Assembly (NCBI GenBank): GCA_048882045.1
Contig: JBHLRZ010000006.1
Coordinates: 1 to 64,000, forward strand
Reading direction: 5' to 3'
Origin: Candidatus Thorarchaeota archaeon
Lineage (GTDB): Archaea > Asgardarchaeota > Thorarchaeia > Thorarchaeales > Thorarchaeaceae
DNA length: 64,000 bases
Shown: in pieces, positions 37,650-46,434 of the stretch
Position numbering within the stretch: position 1 is the stretch's first letter
How the letters are laid out: each line of letters starts with the position of its first letter
Made by a program: the position numbers and the translations under genes
Notes under the pieces: model-generated
The model's database searches: none
The model's input: only the letters and a program-made list of their open reading frames with translations
What the model was told of the DNA's origin: nothing

Positions 37650-39551
37650 CTAAGATTTTTCTCCTTGAGGAGGTTTGATTTTATCCAATTCTTCTTGGAG
37701 CTGTTTCTCAATCTTACCAAGTTTGAAGTTCTTGGCTGATGCTATCGCCTGTTCTAAGGCAGATATGATTCTCTGCTCTTCTAGCTCTTTCTCAGTATTA
37801 TCTGCAATTTTTGGGAGTGCTTCGATCTTTCTTGGTATGACAGCAAGTAGACTCTCAATTGCGCTCTTCGCTTCATCTCGATTCGTAAATGACGAGTCTT
37901 GCTCAGTATCATAGGATGAAACAATTCTGTCAATCTGACTATAGAGACGTCTATACTCCTCATAGGCTCCAGACAATATCTGCCTTACCTCTCCTTCAGA
38001 ATCTGCTTCTTCAAGTGCATCAGAGAGTTTCTTCATAGCATTCTCAAGGAACTCCTTTCTCTCAGCAAGTTTAGTCCGTTTCCTTTCCATCCATCGCCAT
38101 TCATTCGAGATCTGTCGGGATAGGGTAAGTGCCTCGGTGATTGTTTCTCGAAACTCCGCAAACAGTTCCATTGCTTCCTTAAGTTCCACTTCAAGAGTTT
38201 CTATAACATGAACAAGTTGGTAGCTCAGCATATCACCTGCTTGGGCCTCAGCAAGAACCCTGCTCTCCTTGACGGTTCGTTCAGTATTAGCCCAGAGCTT
38301 CTCTACATCATCAGGATCACGATCTGTCCTCTTTCGGACCTCAAGTTCCTCTGAGAGTTGATGAATGTCATGATTGAGAGCTTGGAGTTCCTGGATCTTT
38401 GCTTTCAACAATGCCTTGCCAAGTCGGACGTTGAGCTCATCTGTGAGTAATTGTCGCTCTTCTGGAACCTCCAAGAGGGCGTGAGTGTTATCAACGAGAG
38501 TCTGAAGAGCGTTCTCATAATCCAAGACTGACTCGTGAAACAGACCCTCTTGATACCTATCATCACCCCTCTTCTCCAACTCAAGAGCGCTCTCTAGAAC
38601 ATCATAGGGAGAAGTTTTCAATAAGCTGTCTGCCCACATCGGAGGGATGTCAGTACAAATGTCGAGTGGTTTTCCTGCGATTCGTAAAAGAATGACTAGA
38701 ATCGATTCTGCGGTTGCTACATAGAGTTTGTCTTGATCCGCAGATATCCAGTTGATCTTCTGACCGTTGAGCTTCACAAGACCTACTTCTTCACCCCTCT
38801 TCAAATCCCAAACAACAATCGATCCTGAAGTCATTGCAGCGACCAGATAAAACTCACTAGCCCACATTGATGAAATAGAACTTGAGTGACTTGGTTCTAA
38901 TGTACGTAGAAGACTCCATTCAACTCTATCATAGACTGCTATCTCACCGGTAGATAATCCTACTATCACAAATTCATTATTACCCGATATTACACCGCCT
39001 TTGCCCTTCTTGTCTAGACTAGCAAGCTCTGAAGGAGCAGAGTTCTGGGACTTTAGCCATACCTTCGGTTCTTCCTTCTTCGTACTAGTACAGATGATTC
39101 GAGCGTCCGACCAGAGGTCCGTGATATCAGACTTATGTAGTTGCCAGCTTGAGGTTTCATGCGTATTCTTCTTGATGGAAACCAATCGTCCCTCTCTCGC
39201 ACCCACGTAGAAGTAGTCACCAGAAAGTGTCGATGTAAGAGCGTGGTAGCTCAGTTCAAACCAACCTTGGAGACCCCAGGTTTCTTTGTTCCAGACATAT
39301 ACTCTTCTCTCACAGGTAGCAAAGACTTGTGTTTCATCAACGTCGACAACCAATGGAGGAGTATCAGTTTCACCGAGTTCAGCTACTAAATGCCAATCTT
39401 CCTTCGACCACACACGGACTCGTTGATCCTCACAAGCAGTGTACAAGTACTTGTCATCATAAGTAATGTCAACTGCTGATGCATCTAGTGTATTAATTAC
39501 CTCATGAGTCAATGTCCTAAGATCATTGGAACTCGATGATCCTTTTTCCAT
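37650..39551 (-). CDS. 7-bladed WD40 beta-propeller + MIT/TPR-like helical bundle + coiled-coil protein
   Basis: Seven blade-like units (LYTACEDQRVRVW, VFATCERRVYVW, FYVGAREGRL, ICTSTKKEEPKVW, VIVGLSTGEIAVYD, LVAAMTSGSIVVWD, LYVATAESIL), then an all-helical E/K/L-rich half. Confidence 0.82.
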   Translation of the reverse strand: MEKGSSSSNDLRTLTHEVINTLDASAVDITYDDKYLYTACEDQRVRVWSKEDWHLVAELGETDTPPLVVDVDETQVFATCERRVYVWNKETWGLQGWFELSYHALTSTLSGDYFYVGAREGRLVSIKKNTHETSSWQLHKSDITDLWSDARIICTSTKKEEPKVWLKSQNSAPSELASLDKKGKGGVISGNNEFVIVGLSTGEIAVYDRVEWSLLRTLEPSHSSSISSMWASEFYLVAAMTSGSIVVWDLKRGEEVGLVKLNGQKINWISADQDKLYVATAESILVILLRIAGKPLDICTDIPPMWADSLLKTSPYDVLESALELEKRGDDRYQEGLFHESVLDYENALQTLVDNTHALLEVPEERQLLTDELNVRLGKALLKAKIQELQALNHDIHQLSEELEVRKRTDRDPDDVEKLWANTERTVKESRVLAEAQAGDMLSYQLVHVIETLEVELKEAMELFAEFRETITEALTLSRQISNEWRWMERKRTKLAERKEFLENAMKKLSDALEEADSEGEVRQILSGAYEEYRRLYSQIDRIVSSYDTEQDSSFTNRDEAKSAIESLLAVIPRKIEALPKIADNTEKELEEQRIISALEQAIASAKNFKLGKIEKQLQEELDKIKPPQGEKS

Positions 39552-39767
39552 AATGTCTCCCCAAGAGAACAGTGTGATGAATGGATATTCTGGGTTTTGC
39601 AATACTTAAGGCAGTTTCTTTCTTGGCTAAACAGCGATAGAATGCAATAAAATGACATCTGGAGGAGGGGATATACATGATAAATTCGTTAAAATGGGAG
39701 GACCCACACAGAAAGAACTTAAGACATCCACCGCCAAATTAGCCCACATTAGACGGAGGTAGGCATC

Positions 39768-42458
39768 TTGGACACTAGTGGCTGGCGCCGAGAATTAGAC
39801 AAAATGGCTGAACTGAAAGGAATCCTAGTCTCAGTCAATCCTGCGATGGAAGAACAGTCAGATCGTCAGGTCAGACAGCTCTATGACATCTTCGCGAACT
39901 TGACTAAGATGGAGAACGATTTAGCAACTTCTGGATTTATGAAAAAGAGAAAGGTTCAGACTCAGGTCGAGAAGACAAGGAGTGATCTTGAAACCGATTT
40001 CATGAGAGTCACACGTGATTTCGCTGAGTACTTCCGGAAAGAACACAAAGATACTCTAGCTATCGCACCGAAAGTCCAGGCCCTAAAACCTTCTGAGGTC
40101 AAAGGGATTTCGACACTTAATTTTCCAGGCATCGGAGCAGGCGACCTCAAGGACTTCGAGAAGTTGCACGAGTTTGCAAAGGCATTTTCAAAGTTGTATC
40201 TTGTTATTCATGAGGATGTAGAACGCGATGTGAAATCTACCCTTGATGAGAACAAGGCTACAGTTGACACGTACGAACGTCACATATCTATCGATAAGAG
40301 TGAGGTTTCCACAACAGTTGCAAATGACGATGTTGCTGGAATGTCATTAAAAGACCTCATAATCCTGAATGACAAACTTCAGGCAGACCGTCAGTTCCTT
40401 GATGGCAGAAAGGACGAGGTGAGTAAACTCCTTGGTTCATCCCTTGTGGGTAAAACGGAATCACTACAAGCTTCTGTGGAGACTGCATCCAGACTAGGAC
40501 TTGAGTTGCCGATCGAATTCTCAAAGGAGTTGAGAATAATTGCCAGAGATGCATCAAAGGCCGAAACTCTGACTGCGCTGATTGCGTTGGAGAATCAACT
40601 GCATGCAGCAGAGGTCAAGATGGCAAATGCACTTCGTGACAAGATAATCAACATCAAGCATGATGTCACAGCCAAGATAGTGGAGGGCGGCATACCAACG
40701 ACTGCTGATGTGATACCTCCAGCACCTCCAGTTACAGTTGAAGGAGAGGGCATTGCTAGCCTGCTTTCCAGCTATCAGAGAATGGTCGAATGGGAAGGTC
40801 AGGTCAAGATCGCTCTCAGAGAACGCTTGTTCGAACTCCTTGATGATGTTGAGAAGGCGACTGAAGCGCCCGAAGACGCAGGTATCAAGGATATTGTTGC
40901 AGTACGTCAATTCATCGCGGATTCAAAGAAGAAACTGAAGCAGGTAGAGATTGACGAGATGGTGAGAGTCTACCTCCAAGCAAAACAGATGGATGATGAG
41001 TACCGAAGGAACATCACTGAGGCCATCCGCAACTATCTCTCAAGATTCAATGAACTAGCAACTTCAGCAGACAGAGTACTTGACCACGCACAGCTAAGTA
41101 AGAAGGCTCCGAAGGTCGAGGAACTTGAAGGAGGTATTGTCTACTTACTAGGTTCTCTCACGAGCCTCAGAGAAGCAGTTGACAGCGGAGTGGCAACTTT
41201 TCGCACCGCATGTCAACAGGAGATTGATGCAATAGTTCATGATCTTCAGACCGTCAAACCTGCATATGCTGAGATATTCATGCCCATTATTGTAGAACTC
41301 GATGAAGGATCAACCAGGATACAGGGGATGGATGACTTCTCTGAGATAAAATCAGAGATGCGCTCCATCAAAGATGGTATCCTTGTGAAAGCACAGGACG
41401 CACTTGAGAACCTCAGATATAGACTAGGTGTGAAGATCAGACTTGCAGCTGCAAAATTGATGGGTGCTGGTGTGGAGATCCCGCCAGACGCACAAGAAGC
41501 CATCAGCGAACTGAACAGCGTGGGTGTTGCAGCTGATAATGTGTTTAGTCTTCCAGCCATAGCCAGGAAGATGGTTGAGATCTATGAGAAGAAGATCCAA
41601 GACAAGATAATTGAGAAACTTGGAGTAGAAGTCGATTCTCTAATCACGAGTCTCGATAGAGCAAGCAGCATCGGAGTGAAGTTAGGAAAAGAACTCAAGA
41701 TGCTCAATGGTCTAAAAGCCAAACCACCAGCAGAGCTTGAGGAAGCAGCTGATGCATTTGACAAACTCCAGAATCTGACAACATCACCCAACGTTCACAA
41801 GAAGATCAGAGAGCGTGTTGATGAAGCCTATGTTCAGATCAAGGGAGCTCTGTCACTCTTTGAAGACCAAGGAATGTCTGAATTCGTCGAGCGGCTACAG
41901 ATTCTCATTGACCAAGTTCCTGCCAAGCTCGAAACTGACTCACCACATGTCAATGAGGCACTTGATGTGTGTCTCACTCTTGCCAACATCCAGGAAGAAA
42001 TGCTTCAGATGATTAAGAGCATAGCTGAGAAGAATGGTGAGGCTCATACTGCTGAACTCAAGGATAGAAGCCAGTACTTTTCGACAATCGAGAGAGTAGT
42101 AGCGAAGTATCCTGATGAATTCAGCAAGATAGTATTTGATGTCAAGAAGATGGACTCTCTAGAGTCTGGCCTCACAGAGGCGGTCGATCTTGATGTGGCC
42201 ATTGCTAACTTCCATGAATTGGGCGATATGAGAAAGCAGTGGCTGGAGAAAGCAGTCGCGATGGATGACTGGCACAAGTCCCTCAGAATGTTCATGACTG
42301 GTTTCAGTCCGACTGACAAACCTGATACACGTGACAAGTTCATCGACGACGCAATACGAAAGATTAAGGAGACCTACAGCCGTGAGGACATAAGTTCGTA
42401 CCTAAGTTGGGCCATAAGAGAGAGTGCCCAGGCGTTGGTCGATTCGAGGAAGAAATAG
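39768..42458 (+). CDS. 896-aa all-helical rod protein with degenerate ~65-aa repeat; first gene of tubulin-like operon
   Basis: Strong SD GGAGGT before TTG; long amphipathic helices; periodic G-hydrophobic turns; no TM or NTPase motif. Confidence 0.8.
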   Translation: MDTSGWRRELDKMAELKGILVSVNPAMEEQSDRQVRQLYDIFANLTKMENDLATSGFMKKRKVQTQVEKTRSDLETDFMRVTRDFAEYFRKEHKDTLAIAPKVQALKPSEVKGISTLNFPGIGAGDLKDFEKLHEFAKAFSKLYLVIHEDVERDVKSTLDENKATVDTYERHISIDKSEVSTTVANDDVAGMSLKDLIILNDKLQADRQFLDGRKDEVSKLLGSSLVGKTESLQASVETASRLGLELPIEFSKELRIIARDASKAETLTALIALENQLHAAEVKMANALRDKIINIKHDVTAKIVEGGIPTTADVIPPAPPVTVEGEGIASLLSSYQRMVEWEGQVKIALRERLFELLDDVEKATEAPEDAGIKDIVAVRQFIADSKKKLKQVEIDEMVRVYLQAKQMDDEYRRNITEAIRNYLSRFNELATSADRVLDHAQLSKKAPKVEELEGGIVYLLGSLTSLREAVDSGVATFRTACQQEIDAIVHDLQTVKPAYAEIFMPIIVELDEGSTRIQGMDDFSEIKSEMRSIKDGILVKAQDALENLRYRLGVKIRLAAAKLMGAGVEIPPDAQEAISELNSVGVAADNVFSLPAIARKMVEIYEKKIQDKIIEKLGVEVDSLITSLDRASSIGVKLGKELKMLNGLKAKPPAELEEAADAFDKLQNLTTSPNVHKKIRERVDEAYVQIKGALSLFEDQGMSEFVERLQILIDQVPAKLETDSPHVNEALDVCLTLANIQEEMLQMIKSIAEKNGEAHTAELKDRSQYFSTIERVVAKYPDEFSKIVFDVKKMDSLESGLTEAVDLDVAIANFHELGDMRKQWLEKAVAMDDWHKSLRMFMTGFSPTDKPDTRDKFIDDAIRKIKETYSREDISSYLSWAIRESAQALVDSRKK

Positions 42459-42470
42459 GAGTAAACACCA

Positions 42471-43862
42471 ATGTTCGGAAGTAGTCCACCTAGAACCCCC
42501 ATTGAAGACGATACCACAAAAGCAGCCGAGGTTTTCGCCATTGGAATTGGCGAATGTGGCTCAAACATCGTGGGATCCTACCTTCAGACAAGCAGGGACA
42601 AGAAACTACCCTCAAGAGTGAGGGGCTATCTACTCATCAACACTGACAGAGCAGACCTGACAAAGGTACGCCAAAAATATGGCATACCAAAAGAGAACAC
42701 ACTCCTATATGGTGCCAGCGAAATCGGTGTCGGTGGCCGGTTCATGGATGGTTATAATAGTATCATGGAATCAAAGGACATCATCTTCGACCAGCTCAGT
42801 AACTTGGGTTTCGAAGGCGTTTCAGGCTTCTGTATCTTCACAAGCCTTGGCGGTGGAACTGGTTGCGGAGGTACACCAGCACTCATCGAGCTGCTCAAGC
42901 AGAGATTCCAAGAAGAAGAAGGACGACGTATCTTTGTATATGTCATAGGAATCTTGCCCTTCGAGGGACAGTCTAGTGAGGCACTGAATTCAATCTGGGC
43001 TGTATCGAAGTTGCTTCGAGCTCAGCTCCAAGAACGTGGTGCAGACCTTACAATTCTACTATCAAACAGAACAATGCTGAAGAGAATCCTTCAATGGAGA
43101 AAGGGTGATACTGTAGACTACCTGCAGCGAGAGCTAGAGGTGGACATTGCAGACATCGAATCAATCGAAAAAATGGTCCCATCTACACTTGAGGAAGCGA
43201 GTGCAGCTGACGCGAGAACCGAACAGGCATTCGTCGAACTCGTCAACCCACTTGCTCTTGATGTCGTGGAGGCCATGTTATCACCAGGTGTGTGGGAAAA
43301 ATCAAAGGATGTCTTTCCAACCACAGATCTTGCAGACTATGCTAGAAAGCTAGATCCTGTTGTAGTACCTGCGCTCTATACTGACATTGGTCTCATACCT
43401 GACGCTGGGAGTATGCCCAAGCAGTTGAGGACAATGATTGACTATGCTGTGAAGGAGTGTTCATACGCTGACGTCGGTGAAGAACCGAATGCCGAGAGTG
43501 TCTACTATGTGATGTCAGGTCCAAGGCATGTTGCGAAAGCAGAATTTGGGATGCATGTGAAGGAAGCACTGGACAAGTTCATTGCTCCCGGTGCAGCTAT
43601 CACACCTTGTTACGTCCAATACCTTGACCAAGACCCTAAGACCAACCTGCTTCTTCTCCTTGGCTTGCCAAAGATACCTGAACTTGTTCAGATCATCAAT
43701 GAAGCTACCCAGCTGGTGAATCTTCACAGTGGTGCCTCACCACTCAAGCAAGGATGGTTCATGAGGTCGAAGGGTACTACTCGAAAAGAACTCGTTGATG
43801 CTATCAATGACTTCCGTGAACTCTTCAGTTACTACATGACTCCAGGAGAAACAATGGAATAG
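42471..43862 (+). CDS. Divergent tubulin/FtsZ/CetZ-superfamily GTPase
   Basis: T1 IGIGECGSNI, T2 LINTD, T3 GVGGRFMDG, T4 SLGGGTGCGG, T5 ILPFEG, T6 LLSN, T7 TTDLADY. Confidence 0.92.
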   Translation: MFGSSPPRTPIEDDTTKAAEVFAIGIGECGSNIVGSYLQTSRDKKLPSRVRGYLLINTDRADLTKVRQKYGIPKENTLLYGASEIGVGGRFMDGYNSIMESKDIIFDQLSNLGFEGVSGFCIFTSLGGGTGCGGTPALIELLKQRFQEEEGRRIFVYVIGILPFEGQSSEALNSIWAVSKLLRAQLQERGADLTILLSNRTMLKRILQWRKGDTVDYLQRELEVDIADIESIEKMVPSTLEEASAADARTEQAFVELVNPLALDVVEAMLSPGVWEKSKDVFPTTDLADYARKLDPVVVPALYTDIGLIPDAGSMPKQLRTMIDYAVKECSYADVGEEPNAESVYYVMSGPRHVAKAEFGMHVKEALDKFIAPGAAITPCYVQYLDQDPKTNLLLLLGLPKIPELVQIINEATQLVNLHSGASPLKQGWFMRSKGTTRKELVDAINDFRELFSYYMTPGETME

Positions 43863-43878
43863 AAACGGTGGTGTCAAA

Positions 43879-44946
43879 TTGTCTGACTCTTCATTCCACT
43901 ACGAGGACCTTATCGATAGGCTTCTTCTTATAATCACCCTGAACTCGACACTGATCCACTTTCTCTTAGGCTCACAGGTTGAGGACAGCATAGATCCGGA
44001 CCGGGTTGATTCTTTGACTCAAGGACTTGTTAGAACCCGGAAGTGGATGGAAGAGGCAACCACAATGAAAGGCATCCCTCCTTCAACACAGAATATCATG
44101 AGCCTCATTGTAAAGCGACTCTCACAGGTTGAGAGTCTTCTGCCCAAGCTATCAAACAAAGCGAAGCAAATGGAGTCTGGTGCCGCAACACAGGAGATCC
44201 TCTCCCTATTGGATGGAGCTGAAGCTGCTCCGAGAGCTGCTAGTGCAAGTCCTGATTCTTCAACAACAACTGCAGATGGCGAGATTATCCCACTTGTTGG
44301 TGGTGAAACAGCCAAGCCAATGGAGGCATATCGTAAGGTCGATGTCGAAGATGACCAGTTTGGTCTCATCGGACAGAGTCAGCGGCTCATTCAGCAGAAG
44401 AGTGCTTCTTGTCACGTGCTGCTTCCAACATTTTGGTTAGAAGTCCTTAGAGAGATCCATAGGTATCGCTCAGATTCGCCCTATTTTGGAGACGTAGTTG
44501 AGTTACCCGCTCGCATACTAGTAAAGACAGCTAAGGGACTTCTGACAGAGGCCCCAGGTGCAAGACTTCTCCAGGATCTAATGAAGTCAAGACAACAGGA
44601 GAATTACCTCAACCCATCAGAAATGGAACGAATAGAACGTGCTGTCGCAAAATACTACCAGGGAGTTGAGCCCATACTGAGAGAGAAAGAGGTTGAGGTC
44701 AAAGACAAGATACTCGAAGCCCAGACAGCTTTCGATGGGTTCAACTGGGGTGGTCCAGAATTGGAAAAGAGGATCATAAAGCGATTGAATCAGCAGGTAG
44801 AAGAAGCAATTCAAGCAGCTGAAACAGGAACCGATACCGCTCGTCAGGTCATCCATGCAGAAATTGCTAAGTTACTCTGCAAACTTCAACATGCTCTTCT
44901 GGCTGAACCGAGACCCCGAGAGATCCTCACTCAGATGAAACCATAG
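43879..44946 (+). CDS. Helical hypothetical protein, third gene of tubulin-like operon
   Basis: 16 nt after the GTPase, SD GGTGGTG; N-terminal helical bundle, A/S/T/P linker, C-terminal helical domain. Confidence 0.78.
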   Translation: MSDSSFHYEDLIDRLLLIITLNSTLIHFLLGSQVEDSIDPDRVDSLTQGLVRTRKWMEEATTMKGIPPSTQNIMSLIVKRLSQVESLLPKLSNKAKQMESGAATQEILSLLDGAEAAPRAASASPDSSTTTADGEIIPLVGGETAKPMEAYRKVDVEDDQFGLIGQSQRLIQQKSASCHVLLPTFWLEVLREIHRYRSDSPYFGDVVELPARILVKTAKGLLTEAPGARLLQDLMKSRQQENYLNPSEMERIERAVAKYYQGVEPILREKEVEVKDKILEAQTAFDGFNWGGPELEKRIIKRLNQQVEEAIQAAETGTDTARQVIHAEIAKLLCKLQHALLAEPRPREILTQMKP

Positions 44947-45027
44947 ATGTAGTAGTTCAGCTCAATTTACAGGCACAGCTCATATAAGGGAAAGTCAGAT
45001 TCCTCACAACATACACGAGGTTGAGAG

Positions 45028-46434
45028 ATGACTGGCCTAAAGACTATGTTGAATCCAAAAGTGACTGCTGTTGTAGGTGTTTCGACTACTAATCCTTTCA
45101 GTCCAGGTAATGTAATCTTCAGAAAATTGGAATTCGAAAATGGTTTGCCTACATACCCCATTAATCCTAAGGGAGGGAAGGTCGAAGGGATTCCTGTCCA
45201 CAAGTCCATCACTGCTGCACCTGATGACATTGAGTTGGCAGTGATCTCGGTTCCTGCAAAATATGTACCAGGTGTGTTAAGGGAGTGTGGAGAGAAGAAG
45301 ATACGGTCAGTCATAGTGGTCTCAGGAGGATTCAGTGAAGTTGGAGAAACCGGTGCAAATCTTCAATCAGAAATTGTCGAGATTGCAAACCAATACAAAA
45401 TATCCATGGTCGGACCAAACTGCATTGGTGTGTTTGTCCCAGATGTCCTAGATACATTTTTCCTTCCCTCTGAAAGGGTTGCACGACCTAGAAAGGGGAA
45501 AGTAGCAGTCATATCACAGAGTGGAGGTTGGCTGATCGAGCGACTTGAAGAGTTTGCAGATAGAGATGTAGGTATTGCTGCTGCAATTTCAATTGGTAAC
45601 TCTGCTCAGACAAAAGTGACTGATTTCATCAGGTACTTTGGAAATGAAAAGACTGTGGATGTCATTTGTGCATATATTGAAGGCTTCGGACAAGATGAAG
45701 GGAGAGAGTTTGTTGAAACATGCAAGGAGATTGTACTGAAAAAGCCAGTTATTGTTCTGAAAGGTGGAGAATCGGAAGCTGGTCACCGAGCGACACAAAG
45801 TCACACATCATCTTTAGCTGGAGACAATGCAATAACAAATGCAGCTTTCCAACAGTATGGGGTGATTCGTGCACTCGATGAGGATGAGGTGATGGCATAC
45901 TCGAAGGTGTTTTCGTTCAAACCGAAACCTATGCTTGGACCTCGTATCGGCACATTGACCGTGAGCGGTGGTCATGGAGTCATAGCCAGTGACGAAGCGT
46001 CTCATTATGGTCTCACAATGCCGCCATTCAGTCAGGAAGAACAATCTATAATGAGAGCACAGATGACGCCAGCATATCAAGGGATTGCATCATTTAGGAA
46101 TCCATGTGATCTCACTGGTAGTGCTGCAGATGTTGATTACGAACGTGTCTTGGATAAAATGCTCAGTTTTGATTCAATAGATGCTGCACTTCTACTGTTA
46201 CTACCATATGCTCCAGGTATCTCACTTCAGATTGGCGCGAGAGTGGCAAATGTTGCAAAAAGTCATGACAAGACTATTGTAGCTTACGTTCCAGACCTTG
46301 ACAAATACGAAGTGATCATTCGAGGATTTGAGTTGAACGGTATTGCAGTCGGGGATACAATTGAAGAGGCTGTCCAAATGGTGAATGCGATCCGGAAGAG
46401 GACGAAATATCTTCAACGCTTAGGAAAGTTATGA
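45028..46434 (+). CDS. acdA: Acetate/acyl-CoA ligase (ADP-forming) alpha subunit
   Basis: AVVGVS, YPINPK, SGGFSE.G, GPNCIG, SQSGG, SIGN, YIEG, phospho-His SHTSSLAG, NP.DLTG. Confidence 0.88.
   Translation: MTGLKTMLNPKVTAVVGVSTTNPFSPGNVIFRKLEFENGLPTYPINPKGGKVEGIPVHKSITAAPDDIELAVISVPAKYVPGVLRECGEKKIRSVIVVSGGFSEVGETGANLQSEIVEIANQYKISMVGPNCIGVFVPDVLDTFFLPSERVARPRKGKVAVISQSGGWLIERLEEFADRDVGIAAAISIGNSAQTKVTDFIRYFGNEKTVDVICAYIEGFGQDEGREFVETCKEIVLKKPVIVLKGGESEAGHRATQSHTSSLAGDNAITNAAFQQYGVIRALDEDEVMAYSKVFSFKPKPMLGPRIGTLTVSGGHGVIASDEASHYGLTMPPFSQEEQSIMRAQMTPAYQGIASFRNPCDLTGSAADVDYERVLDKMLSFDSIDAALLLLLPYAPGISLQIGARVANVAKSHDKTIVAYVPDLDKYEVIIRGFELNGIAVGDTIEEAVQMVNAIRKRTKYLQRLGKL

Noticed and set aside
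42471-43862. Naming the GTPase ftsZ, cetZ or alpha/beta-tubulin
   Set aside because: The motifs are mosaic, with no FtsZ GGxGxN T1 or C-terminal core peptide and no tubulin MREI N-terminus; a gene symbol needs a phylogeny
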